A DNA stretch of 64,000 nt from Candidatus Latescibacterota bacterium (GTDB lineage Bacteria > Latescibacterota > UBA2968 > GCA-2709665): assembly GCA_965219455.1 (NCBI GenBank), contig OZ244744.1:1792001-1856000 (forward strand), written 5' to 3'. The notes below the pieces were generated by a model that made no database searches, was not told where the DNA came from, and was given only the letters and a program-made list of their open reading frames with translations. This document shows positions 39,400-50,153 of this stretch, in pieces (position 1 is the stretch's first letter; each line of letters begins with the position of its first letter). The translations under genes and the position numbers were made by a program.

Positions 39400-41772
39400 A
39401 TGAGACAGATTATCGTCTTAATTGTGACGCTTCTGGCGACAGGCGAAGTACGTGCAGATACAAGGGACGCGCGGTTGGATTCGCTGTATCGCGAGGCATT
39501 GGCGCAGGTGGGTCAGGTAAATCCGAAGGAGAGTATCAAGGCATTTGAGCGGGTCTTGAAGCTGGACTGGAAATTTGCCCCAGCGCACTATCAGATCGCT
39601 GAGCTATACATGGAAATGAACACGCCGCTCACGCGCCAGAGCGCCCGGAAGGCGCTTAATCAAGCGATGCGGCTCGACCCTGAGAACAAGGACTATCAGA
39701 CAACGCTCGGCGAATTGCTCAGCAGACAGGGATTCCGGTGGCATGCCGTACGGCACTATGAGAAATTAGCGCAAGCGGAGCCGGAGAATGCGGAGGCGGC
39801 ATACTGGGCCGGGTATTTCGCAGTGCAGGATTATCTTCGTTATATCGATAGGCAGGACCCTTTCATCTTTATCGACAAAAGCCTTGGAAGGATGTTTTAT
39901 TGGAAACATTTCGCCAAGCGGGATCTCAAACGGGCGAGGACACATTTTCAGCAGAGCATTGAAGCGGATTCCGGTTTTAGAGGGTCATATTACCAGCTTG
40001 GTTTGCTGCATGTTGAGACCGGGCAACCCGAAGGTTTGATCCGCGTCTTCAAGTGTTTTTTGGAACAGACGCCGGAGGACAAGGATGGGTTGATGTTCTG
40101 CGGTTTGGGCTACCAGATGCTGGGTGAAATGAACGTGGCACACAACTATTACACGCGTGCCCTGGAGCAAATGACTGACGAAGAGCGGTCCATGATGGAG
40201 TCGGTGGATTTAATTGCGTCGAAAGAAGAACGTACACGGATGGCGCAAGCGATTACGTACGGAGACACTGACAGTGACAATTGGACAAATGACCGCCGCG
40301 ACCGCTTCTGGCGCAGTCTTGATCCACTTTTCCTGACGGGGTTCAACGAGCGGAAGATGGAGCATTATGGCCGGGTTGCGTACGCCAACCTCAGGTACAG
40401 CCGGCCATTCAAGGGTATTGCAGGATGGCAGACGGATACGGGTAAGACATTTATCAAGTTTGGACGGTATATTAAGCGAATTTCCTACGGTACGTTGAAA
40501 ACGTGGTTCTATGAGACATTTCGCATATCGTTCAAGAGCAGCGACGGCTTGGTCGGATGGTGGTTCGGACTGGGATCAGCTGGAGGCGGGGCCGTTGGAG
40601 ATCGGATGGAGAATGTTAGAATCGTTAATGGAAATGATACGTACTCCGTCACACAACTGCGAAACGATCTTGGCGACTTTTATGCGGGCAGGAATCGGAG
40701 GAATATGTGGGGAACACCCGAGCCTCCCGCCCGGCATGTATATCGCGACAAGCAGCAGCGATATATCGACCCGTATCGCGAACTGAAATATCGGATGCCC
40801 TACCAGGTCGCGGCCTTTCAGGAGGATGACAGTATTCGCGTGGAGTTTGCGTACGCCATTCCGAAGGAACGTGTGCGGGTGTCCGAGAAAGATGGCCTTC
40901 TGGACCTTGAGGACGGCGTGTTCTTGTTCGATGAACACTGGGACGAGGTCTACAAGCGAAAGATGGACGTCACCGTGCGGTGGCCTTTATTCGACACATC
41001 TTCTGAAACAAAAAGCGACAGTCTGCGGCGCAACCACGTGGTGTCGTTCCGAACGCTGCGGGTCGCGCCCAAACCGCAGCGTCTCGTGGTGGAGGTCCGG
41101 GATCGCGGCACGGGATCGATCGGGACCTTCCGCGAATTGCGGGCGTTCGGCACGGCGGATTCATTACTGACCATGAGCGATCTTCTCCTGGCTTCCGGCA
41201 TCCAGCCCAAAACACCGTTTCCCGAGGGGCGAGACGATCTTCGCGTCACGCCAAATCCTCTCCATACCTACGGCCGATCCGAGCCGGTCTTCATCTATCT
41301 CGAGTTATACAATCTCAAGAAAGACAGGTTCGGCCGTACCAAATACCGGATTTCCTACCGGCTGACCCGGCCGGACCGCGAGGAAATCCACCCTGAACGG
41401 TTCGCCGCCCTGGATGCGCCGGGCGCGGGCGCCACGGTGGAGATTCAGACCATCGTGGAAGAACCGATAATCGAGAGTGAAGAAGACCTTTGGCGGGATG
41501 AAACCGACGCGTCCGTGAGTTACCGCGTGAAATACATCCTTCCCGAGCGAAACAAAATCTCCGAGGAGATCGAAAGTACACCGCGTTCGCGCGAAAGCAC
41601 GGAGACGACGGTCACCGCACGATACCAGGGAAACCAGAAGGATGACTTCACCTTCCTGCAGATCGACGCCAGAAGCGCCCCCGCCGGTTTCCACAAACTG
41701 ATCGTTACCGTGAAGGACCTCTACACCGGCCAGATCGCGGAACAGGATGTGGTGTTCCGCGTGGTTGAGTAA
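39400..41772 (+). CDS. TPR + GWxTD-domain protein
   Basis: Signal peptide, EHYGRVAYANLRY...GWQTDTG, YLELYNL. Confidence 0.88.
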   Translation: MRQIIVLIVTLLATGEVRADTRDARLDSLYREALAQVGQVNPKESIKAFERVLKLDWKFAPAHYQIAELYMEMNTPLTRQSARKALNQAMRLDPENKDYQTTLGELLSRQGFRWHAVRHYEKLAQAEPENAEAAYWAGYFAVQDYLRYIDRQDPFIFIDKSLGRMFYWKHFAKRDLKRARTHFQQSIEADSGFRGSYYQLGLLHVETGQPEGLIRVFKCFLEQTPEDKDGLMFCGLGYQMLGEMNVAHNYYTRALEQMTDEERSMMESVDLIASKEERTRMAQAITYGDTDSDNWTNDRRDRFWRSLDPLFLTGFNERKMEHYGRVAYANLRYSRPFKGIAGWQTDTGKTFIKFGRYIKRISYGTLKTWFYETFRISFKSSDGLVGWWFGLGSAGGGAVGDRMENVRIVNGNDTYSVTQLRNDLGDFYAGRNRRNMWGTPEPPARHVYRDKQQRYIDPYRELKYRMPYQVAAFQEDDSIRVEFAYAIPKERVRVSEKDGLLDLEDGVFLFDEHWDEVYKRKMDVTVRWPLFDTSSETKSDSLRRNHVVSFRTLRVAPKPQRLVVEVRDRGTGSIGTFRELRAFGTADSLLTMSDLLLASGIQPKTPFPEGRDDLRVTPNPLHTYGRSEPVFIYLELYNLKKDRFGRTKYRISYRLTRPDREEIHPERFAALDAPGAGATVEIQTIVEEPIIESEEDLWRDETDASVSYRVKYILPERNKISEEIESTPRSRESTETTVTARYQGNQKDDFTFLQIDARSAPAGFHKLIVTVKDLYTGQIAEQDVVFRVVE

Positions 41773-41859
41773 ACGGGATAGTTGCTGCGGACTACAATCC
41801 ACCTGGCGTATTGTATGTGAATTCCGATACAGCCAGGGCTGAAACAGAAAGGGGAGCCT

Positions 41860-44800
41860 TTGCTCCACAAAACCAGAGACCTCGTGGGCGAATGGCGAAA
41901 GGGCGACGCGGAGAAGCTCTACGCGCTCGAAATGGCGGCGGACGTGGCTTGGCCGGGAGGCGGAGGGTGGCAGACGACTCCCGACGAACAGGAGCGGGAT
42001 ATTCGCGAGAGCAATCTGATGGGGGCCTTCGTCACCGAGACTGAGCAGAAGATCATCAGCATCTGCAAGATCCGGGCAAAGCCGGGACAGCAGGTACACG
42101 CGTCTGTTCCGTACCTCAATTGCCGCCCGGATCACCACGGGAAGAAGCACGGAAAGTCGGTGCTGTGGGCTGCGCTGGACCGTGCGTACGAGGGCGGGTT
42201 CCAGCGCGTCGATCTGTACACGTGGCCGGGTAATTTGAAGGCGATGCCACTGTACAAGAAGATGGGGTTTATGTGGCGGCCGGACTCGTCCGTACACATG
42301 GAAAACTTCGTACCAGCCGCCCGCCGGCATCCGCTAGCCGCCGCTTTTTTCTCTAGGAGCCTGCGCTCCAGAACTGATTTGAGCACCGCACTATACTATA
42401 TATAGTGTCCTCAGATATCTTCTTTAACTATATATAGTATAGTGAGTTTTCTGCGGCGCAGACTCCTAGGCACGACTGGTACGAGACCCACGTTCGGGAA
42501 CTCAAGCCGGAAGAGGATGTGATGACGCGGGGCAGGGTGAAGGTTTACGAGTATCTCTGGCGGGCCCCGGACGGCGATCTGCTCAGACTGGTGTTCGACC
42601 GTGAGAGTTGGGGGATCATCGAGATCGAAAACAACGACCTGATGGTGTCGTGCAACCTGCCCGACGAGAAACTGGTTGCGGGAGTCCCCCACTCTGTCCG
42701 ATGGCGAATTGCGAACAAGAAACCGGATCCGGTTCACGTCTTTCTCACCGCCTCGGGTGATCCTGGTGTTGCGGTCGACAAGCGCAAGGCGCTGGATGTC
42801 ACGGACGCCGTGGAGCTTGAGGGAACATTCGTCATCGATCCGAATATCGAGGAAAAATTACACGAACCCAAAGCGGCGGTGCTACGGACCGATCTGGTGA
42901 TTGACGGCGCCGGGATCGAACTCGCGGCCGGGATTGACGCGCGCCAGGCTGTGGATGTTTCCATTGATGCCCCTCGCTCGATCCTGACGCCCGGGAAGCC
43001 GCAGGATACCGTGCTGACACTTCGGTCGAACCTGGACGAGGCATGTTCAGCGAACCTGCGGGTGAGACCGGCGGGTGGCGTCGATGTCAACGCGGGCGAG
43101 CAGCAGGTGGCGCTCGATCCGAAGGGCGCCGCCGAGTTGGCCGTTCCGGTTACGGCCCCGCACGCCGGGCCCGTTGCAATTGACGTCGAGACGACTGCCA
43201 CGGTGGACAGTAAGGCAATTCCGGTAAGGACAAAACGCCTCGACCTGTTGGCCGCTGAGCGAGGAGGCGTGTCCGGAGGCGTCGGGGAGCAGGGCGCCCT
43301 GCTCTGCGGCGGCGGACTGATGGTCAGCGCCGATTTGCGCAACGGGGAACTATCGATCTTCCACAGGCTTCGGTCGCTGAGGTCCCCTATGCTGGACCTG
43401 CGCAATCCGACGCTTGGACCGCCCTTTTCCGGAGGCGATCTGTTTCAGGAGAAGGCCGAGGCGTGGGTCGAACGAGACGCCTTCGGCGTTGTACTCCGGC
43501 TGCGGACCCGGTCAGTGCTTCGACCGGGCGTGATGCTGGACAGGCGGGTCGCGGTGGGGCACGGCCCGCTGGTGCAGGTCGTGGATACGGTGATCAACGG
43601 GTCGGCCCAGCCGCTGAACCTGTCGATGGAACAGAATTGGACGATAACGATCAGCCCCGTCGCGGCGTACATCGTGCCGCGGAAGCAGGGGGTGTACCGT
43701 CAGGTTGCCGATTCCGGCGGGCGCGAGATGGGCGAACTCCGGCTCTCCGAGGGTGGGGAGACGTGGCCGGAGGGATGGTTCTGCGTTGAAAACGAGGATG
43801 TCTGCGCCGCCGGATTTCTCTGGAACCGGGCCTCGCGAGTGGAACCCGGCCGTTGGGGCAGTGTGCGGCAGGAGGCGGTCCCGTTGAAGGCGGGTGAGTC
43901 GAAGTCGCTCGACCCGATATACGCTTTCGCCGGCGATGGGAACTGGCAGACGATCCGGGGATGGTGGCGGACCCTGTTCGGCAGCGTTCCGGAGGTCGAG
44001 GCGTCGCCCGCGCCCACCCACAGCCCGATCGAATTCGCAATCGAGCCAGGTCCGCTTGTGGTAACGGGCGAAAAGGCGGACGCGACCCTGCGCCTAAACC
44101 ACGTTGGAGAATACACGCTCGACGGGAAACTCATTGTCGAGGAATCCCCGGGTGTGCGTCCGGACGTGGCGGCCGTTAACGTCTCGCGGCTTTGCGAGTC
44201 CAACCCGGTTGTGAGAAAGGTGGGGTTCCGCCTCACGGGCCGAACCCGGCGTGGCGCGGAGGATATCCGTGCGCGTTTCGAGACCGAGGAGGCGGTCTAC
44301 CGGTTTACCGAAAGGGCGCTGATCCTCCCCGCGGACGCTGGCCAGGTAAGCGTGTCACGCCAGGAGAAGGGGCGTTTGGTCGTGCTGGACAACGGGATAT
44401 TGAACGTGAAGGTCGCGCCTTCTTTCCTGGGGTCCGTCATATCCCTCCGTCGGGACGGCCGTGAGTATCTCAACAGTTCGTACCCCGAAGCGGCGCCTCG
44501 AGGCTGGATAAATCCCTGGCACGGCGGCATCTCGCCGATGTACAGCCGGCTGTGGGATACGCTTTACAAGGAACGTTTTTGCTACCGGATAATTGAACGG
44601 AAGGGACGCCAGGGCCTTGTCTGGCGGGGCGTACGCGTCCATTGCCGCATCGCGCAGGAGCACGTCCGCGGCCAGTCCATTGCGGTCGAGTACCTGCTGG
44701 CGCCCGGCGCCGACGTGCTTGCGGTTTTGCCGAGTTGCCGCGATGAACTGGGGATCAGCGCCAGTGGTAACATGGGCTTTAGCGTCTGGCCCGGTTTCGC

Positions 44801-45128
44801 CGCCTCACCCGGGACCGCGTCTTTCTACAATGGGTGCTACGAGTCGATTACCGCGCTGGCGGCGCCCCACGAGGTCGAGGCCGGGCGCTGGAAGTGGGGT
44901 GGGATTGTGGGGAAGCGTGGAGAGGCGTTGTTCCTGAGCGGTAAGGGGGATCGGGCGCGCACAGGCGGTGAGTCCTTGGGCGAGGAGGGGTGCACGCTTG
45001 GAGGCAACGTTGGCCGCTGGATGACGCCCCGGGAACGAATCGAGGGGCTCTTCTTCCTGCTTCCGACTTCGGGGCTGGAAGAGGGGAAAGCGGGCGCGGT
45101 CTGGAGTGAGTTCGAAGCGCTGCCATAG
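41860..45128 (+). pseudogene. Large GNAT-family protein (~1051 aa) interrupted by a MITE
   Basis: GNAT motifs (PDHHGKKHGK, WPGNLKAMPLYKKMGF); removing 42357-42469 joins the two ORFs in frame (FFSRHDWYETH). Confidence 0.85.
42357..42465. mobile_element. 109-bp MITE with CTAG target-site duplication
   Basis: CTAG at 42353-56 and 42466-69; TIRs match 14/17; perfect internal 18-bp inverted repeat. Confidence 0.88.
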
Positions 45129-45164
45129 CGGTTCAATCAGGGGCACGCGACCGACCAAGAAGGG

Positions 45165-46565
45165 TTACGCGAGATCCGCCCTTCGAAAATAGGTTTCGAC
45201 TTTATACCAAAAGAGGAACTGGGAAAGGAGGATCAATGCAGCGCATCCTAGGATCTCATGGATGCTGGCGAAACCAGAACCCATTTCAAGCCATAAACCG
45301 CCCAATATCCCGCCGCCAAACGCAAAGAGAAACCATATTACCGCAAACGAAATCAAACCTCGTCCAAATCGCAGAAGGATCCACGAAAGAAATGGGCTGA
45401 ATAATAACATAAGGGTTAGCGGTCGGATAAATTCAGGGACAAATTTGAATGGCGTTTCGTATCCCGCATAAAGCCACGCTAGGCTTCCCGCAAAGTAGAA
45501 GATCAGTAGCATGATTCCACAGAAAACAGCATTGTGAAGGAAGCTACCCCAATACGCGTGTTTTGCCAACTGCTGACGAGAAAGCGGATAAAGCAGATTT
45601 CCTTTGAGGAGCAACGATCCAAGCGTAAAATGGAAACAGACGAACATGGCGGGAAAGATCGATACGAGCACGGTCATGTTCTTAATGGAGGTCGGTTCGA
45701 ATATCGCCTGATATATGTACTGAATTCCCGTCTGGTGAAAACCTCGTTTGTATCCCATGTGATATGCCATAGTGATTACCACCAGTAAAGCAACACTTGA
45801 TAATCCGACGGCTACAACCGGCCATCCTCCGCGAACCAGGCCGAGATTTTCGTATGCACCGGCTCGAATCCAGTCAAATAGGCCGGTAATCGGCCGTTTA
45901 TTCTTCCACATCCGCCTCGATTTTCCCTTCGGGGCCGTCAGTACCTTGATGGAGACCAGTGAATTCCGGCGGGCGACGTCGACGGCGATATTTCTTTGGA
46001 GAAACAGCGAGGCTCCCAACGTTGTCAGGAGGACACACAGTAGGGTCTGGGTACCGTAAAAATCGACGATTCGATTGATCGAAAATCCCGCCACGACCAA
46101 TAGAAACAATGTAAACTTCGCAACTTGGCTTCCGCGGATGCGCAGAGTCGAAAAATCCGGCACTTGACCGCGGCCGACAGTCAGTCCCATATTGTACCAG
46201 AGGAGAACGGACGTAAAAATCGGGAGGGTCGGACCCGGTCCGTCGAGCGACTTGTAAGCCCACGTTACGATGAACGCCGTGGCGATGCCGACCGACAACA
46301 ATGAGAAAAAGAGTTGCCTTCGCAGATTGGGCAAAGTCCATGAAATCAGTGTATGCTGAAGTTCGCGCACGCCCTGGCCGAGGCTGTTTCCGACAAATGC
46401 GGCGAAAAGAAAGCTGAGGAAATTAAGACGGCCCGGCGTCGGTGTTCCGGGGAAGGACTGGTCCGGATAGGTAAACAGAAAAAATGCGAAGGCAAATCCC
46501 TGGCTTAAGACGTACAGGATCGTAATCCGGCGCCACAACAATCCGAAAAGCGCGTAAAGCCCCAT
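45165..46565 (-). CDS. Multi-TM ABC exporter permease-like protein (paralogue 3)
   Basis: Highly hydrophobic; ELQHT..W.LPNLRR, WIRAG.YEN and LYPLSR motifs shared with its neighbours. Confidence 0.75.
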   Translation of the reverse strand: MGLYALFGLLWRRITILYVLSQGFAFAFFLFTYPDQSFPGTPTPGRLNFLSFLFAAFVGNSLGQGVRELQHTLISWTLPNLRRQLFFSLLSVGIATAFIVTWAYKSLDGPGPTLPIFTSVLLWYNMGLTVGRGQVPDFSTLRIRGSQVAKFTLFLLVVAGFSINRIVDFYGTQTLLCVLLTTLGASLFLQRNIAVDVARRNSLVSIKVLTAPKGKSRRMWKNKRPITGLFDWIRAGAYENLGLVRGGWPVVAVGLSSVALLVVITMAYHMGYKRGFHQTGIQYIYQAIFEPTSIKNMTVLVSIFPAMFVCFHFTLGSLLLKGNLLYPLSRQQLAKHAYWGSFLHNAVFCGIMLLIFYFAGSLAWLYAGYETPFKFVPEFIRPLTLMLLFSPFLSWILLRFGRGLISFAVIWFLFAFGGGILGGLWLEMGSGFASIHEILGCAALILLSQFLFWYKVETYFRRADLA

Positions 46566-46600
46566 GCGAAGTCTCCTGGAGGACAACACGAATGCGAAAG

Positions 46601-47965
46601 TCAGACGAGGTCCGCGCTTCGATAATAGCTCTCGAGTTTGTAGCGAAAAAGCCATTGGGACAGGAGGATCAGACCTGAGCAAGCGATGACCTCGTAAAAA
46701 AGTGGGATACTCGACTTTGTTCCAATCCAGAACCAGCCCAGGCCTAAGCCGAAAACGCCAAGAATGCAGCACAGATAAAGCGCTAGTACTGTTGGAGTAT
46801 CAGTAAAACAAGGGCCGTGTCGCAGGCGCATCCATTGAAATACCGGGTTGACGATAAATACCAACGCCAGAGGACGCCTGAAGCCGAACCAATTGGCCAG
46901 TTCTACAAGGCTCTCAAAGACAAGAATCGCCAGCAACATGATCCCGCATATCCCCACATTATAAAGGAGGCTGCTCAAGTACGCGAGTTTCGACAATTGG
47001 TTGCGGGAAAGCGGATAAAGCCAGCCCTTCTGCAGGAATAACGAACCGTTGGCGCAGAATCCCATCGCCAGCATCGCTGGGATACCCGGTGTCAACATTT
47101 GGAGTCCGATCAGGATGCCAAACTCCCTTAATGCCGACGGGTATGAAAGGACAAACACGATAAGCACAGCGATCGCCGATATTTTGACGGCTCTTCCCGC
47201 CCATCCTCCCCAATTCGAGGCGAAATTTTCATATTCACCGGCGCGAATCCAGCAGGAAATGCCAGTGATAGGACCCTTAAATGGCAATCCACGCGTCGGA
47301 ATTCTCTTCCGGGCCAAAAGCTCCTCCTCCGGGGACCTTATAGGAACGAGAGATTTCATTCTTGCGACGTTGACATTATGGAAACGTAAGAAACAAAACG
47401 TCGTTCCGGCCAATGTCAGGACAAAACTGAGGATGGGCTGGTTGCCATATAAATTATTGATACGATTTATCGAGAAAACTGCCAGGACGAGCGCGGTGAT
47501 TCGCAAAATCACTGCTCCGTAGTGAAATAAAGGACGATCCGAACCCCGAACGTATCCATCCACCGCGACGATTCCCACACTGTACCATAATGTGCTCGAT
47601 GTGAAAACCGGGATCCACGGAGCGGCACCGCCGAGCCAACGATATACTACTGTTACTGGGATAGCAGCGATGATGCCCACGGAAATAAGCGGAAAAAGGA
47701 GATTCCGTCGGAGGTTCGGCAGACTCCAGGCAAGCAGCGTGTGTTGTAGTTCAGCTGCACTTTGCCCAGCCAATGTAAGGCCGACAAGGAATGGAAATAT
47801 CACGGGAAACAGGTTGACGCGCGTGTGGCCGGAAATTCCGAAATCGGGTGCATAAATGGTCAGTACCGGTAACAGTACTGCCGCTGTACCCAAACCCAAG
47901 AAGGACACTTGGACGAGCAATGCTCTTCGCCAGAGCAATCGGAAAAATGCGTAGAAACCGATCAT
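46601..47965 (-). CDS. Multi-TM ABC exporter permease-like protein (paralogue 2)
   Basis: Same shared motifs; within the ABC operon. Confidence 0.75.
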   Translation of the reverse strand: MIGFYAFFRLLWRRALLVQVSFLGLGTAAVLLPVLTIYAPDFGISGHTRVNLFPVIFPFLVGLTLAGQSAAELQHTLLAWSLPNLRRNLLFPLISVGIIAAIPVTVVYRWLGGAAPWIPVFTSSTLWYSVGIVAVDGYVRGSDRPLFHYGAVILRITALVLAVFSINRINNLYGNQPILSFVLTLAGTTFCFLRFHNVNVARMKSLVPIRSPEEELLARKRIPTRGLPFKGPITGISCWIRAGEYENFASNWGGWAGRAVKISAIAVLIVFVLSYPSALREFGILIGLQMLTPGIPAMLAMGFCANGSLFLQKGWLYPLSRNQLSKLAYLSSLLYNVGICGIMLLAILVFESLVELANWFGFRRPLALVFIVNPVFQWMRLRHGPCFTDTPTVLALYLCCILGVFGLGLGWFWIGTKSSIPLFYEVIACSGLILLSQWLFRYKLESYYRSADLV

Positions 47966-48450
47966 CTTGTCACCTGGTAGACGACGTCAATGCGAGGATC
48001 ATACGAGATCCCCTGTCTTGAAATATCTCTGGATCTTGTAGCGAAAAAGGCCCTGGGACAGTATGACCAGTCCCGTGACCGCTGCGGCCTCATAGGTGAA
48101 GTCTATGCGTGGACCCAGATAAAGCCATATTGTAATCAAGATCGAATAGCCAATAACGAAAAGCGCCAGGAATACGTATGAAGAAACCTTGAATTGGACG
48201 TTCCGCAAGCGGACCCATTGGATGACCGTGATACAGATGAACATCAATAGGAGAGGACGCGCGAGGTCGAGCCCCGCGAAAATTCCGGTAAGGCCTTCGA
48301 GCAAAAGAAACGCCAATAACAAGATCCCGAAGTGTAGTGTGCTATGTAGCAGGCAACTCCAGTACGCGAGTCTCGCCAATTCCTGTCGCGAAAGCGGATA
48401 GAGCCAGCTTTTTTGAAGGTACAATGCCTGTTGTATCATGAGAATGCCTA

Positions 48451-50153
48451 GCGCGGCTTCGCTTTGCTCAGCCGCAACCAAATAGGTGGTAGTCAAGAGC
48501 AGATTGTTTTTGGGTATGCAAAACGGCGTTCATCCCCTATGATGGTGGTACCCACCGCCATCAATGGAAGGAGGAACGCCGTGAAAGACTTCGTGGACCA
48601 ATGTAGTGAAAAAATCACCGGAGTGGTATCCTGTTTTGATCGGGTTCTGTTCAAAGGGTACCTGCCGCTGGGATTTGGAACTGCGATGGAGCGGTTCATC
48701 AGCAATCAGGGTTTGTTGTTGAAGGACTTCAAGCGTTTTGTGATGACGCATTCCGATACGATCAAAGCCCACGCGGAGGCGATGGCAAACAAGCACGAGC
48801 GCCCGTTCATCTATCTGCAACGCAACACCATCAGGAAAGAGGACGAAGCGCGACGGTTGGCAAAACGCGATGGGATCACGCAAGGCCTGGTCTGTGTGTT
48901 TCGGGCCCTGGAAGGCTGCCAGAGTTTCAAGCTGGTGCCAGGGGAAGGAAGGCCTCGCCTGATCAACGCACAACGGAAATGCCTGTGCTACTACTTCTAC
49001 TGGATTGACCGGGAGTTTGGACTGATGCATATCCGCATCCAGTCCTGGTTCCCGCTGGTGGTACAGATCTGTCTCAATGGCCACGAGTTCTTGGCGCGCA
49101 AGCTCGACAAACACGGCATCGCCTATGAAAAATTGGACAACGCGTTTGTCTGGATTGCCGATGTGGACCGGGCGCAACGCTTTGCCGATCGTTTTGTGGG
49201 CAAGAATTGGCCGCGCATTCTCTCTGCGTTCGCCCGCAAGGTCAACCCCCTGCTCAACGACCTGCTTTTGGGCATGGACTACTACTGGGTCGTTGACCAG
49301 GCCGAGTTCGCCACCGACGTGATGTTCCAAAACCCCCACGCCCTGAAGGCGCTGTATGAAAACCTGCTCAGACACACGGTGCTGTGCTTCTCTCCCCAGG
49401 ACATCTTGACCTTCCTGGGCCGCAAACTCCACGGCAACTTTCAGGGTGAAGTCCTCACGGACTTCAAAAACAAACGCCACAAAGGCGCAAGAGTCAAACA
49501 CCGGATGTGTGAGAACTGGATTAAAATGTACGACAAACACGGGTGCGTACTACGCGTCGAAACAGTGATCAACCATCCAAGGCAGTTCAAGGTTCGCCGC
49601 TGGGGCATACGGCGAGGACAACGCGTGATGGGCTGGTATCCCATGGCCAAAGGCGTGGCCAACCTCTACCGCTATCGGGAAATCTCGTTGACGGCCAACC
49701 AACGCTACTTTCAGGCGCTGTCCGCAGCCCCTGACGCCGCTACCGGACATCAAAGCCTCACCACACTGGCGCGGCCACGCAGGCACAAGGGACGTACCTA
49801 TCGGGGCTTTAACCCCGCCGACCTTTACGACCTCGACCTGTTTACCGCTGTGTTGAAAGGCGAACACGCCCTTATGGGCTTCCGCAACCAGGACATCCGA
49901 ACACACCTCTTCCAACAACCCGCATCCCTTCTGCAACGCACTCGGCACGCCAATGCCACCAGCCGCCTCCTCAAACGTCTACACGTCCGCGGCCTGATTG
50001 CAAAAATCCCACGGTCCAGACGATGGCGCGTCACACCCGCGGGGCACAAAACACTCGCCTTGTCTTTGACCCTTTACCATCAACACCCTACCACTAAACA
50101 AGCAGCATGAATAATTATCTACGCATTTTGCGTAGAAGTCACACTGTAAGACT
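48451..50153 (+). mobile_element. Insertion element without TIRs, with hairpin ends, flanked by a CTA direct repeat
   Basis: CTA at 48448-50 and 50154-56; hairpins GCGGCT..AGCCGC (left) and TCTACGCA-TTT-TGCGTAGA (right). Confidence 0.85.
48581..50110 (+). CDS. Putative transposase with Rep_trans-like motifs and a C-terminal winged HTH (509 aa)
   Basis: GGAGGA RBS + GTG; QAEFATD, KMYDK and LRVE motifs; LKRLHVRGLIAKIPRSRRWRVT wHTH; fills most of the element. Confidence 0.75.
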   Translation: MKDFVDQCSEKITGVVSCFDRVLFKGYLPLGFGTAMERFISNQGLLLKDFKRFVMTHSDTIKAHAEAMANKHERPFIYLQRNTIRKEDEARRLAKRDGITQGLVCVFRALEGCQSFKLVPGEGRPRLINAQRKCLCYYFYWIDREFGLMHIRIQSWFPLVVQICLNGHEFLARKLDKHGIAYEKLDNAFVWIADVDRAQRFADRFVGKNWPRILSAFARKVNPLLNDLLLGMDYYWVVDQAEFATDVMFQNPHALKALYENLLRHTVLCFSPQDILTFLGRKLHGNFQGEVLTDFKNKRHKGARVKHRMCENWIKMYDKHGCVLRVETVINHPRQFKVRRWGIRRGQRVMGWYPMAKGVANLYRYREISLTANQRYFQALSAAPDAATGHQSLTTLARPRRHKGRTYRGFNPADLYDLDLFTAVLKGEHALMGFRNQDIRTHLFQQPASLLQRTRHANATSRLLKRLHVRGLIAKIPRSRRWRVTPAGHKTLALSLTLYHQHPTTKQAA

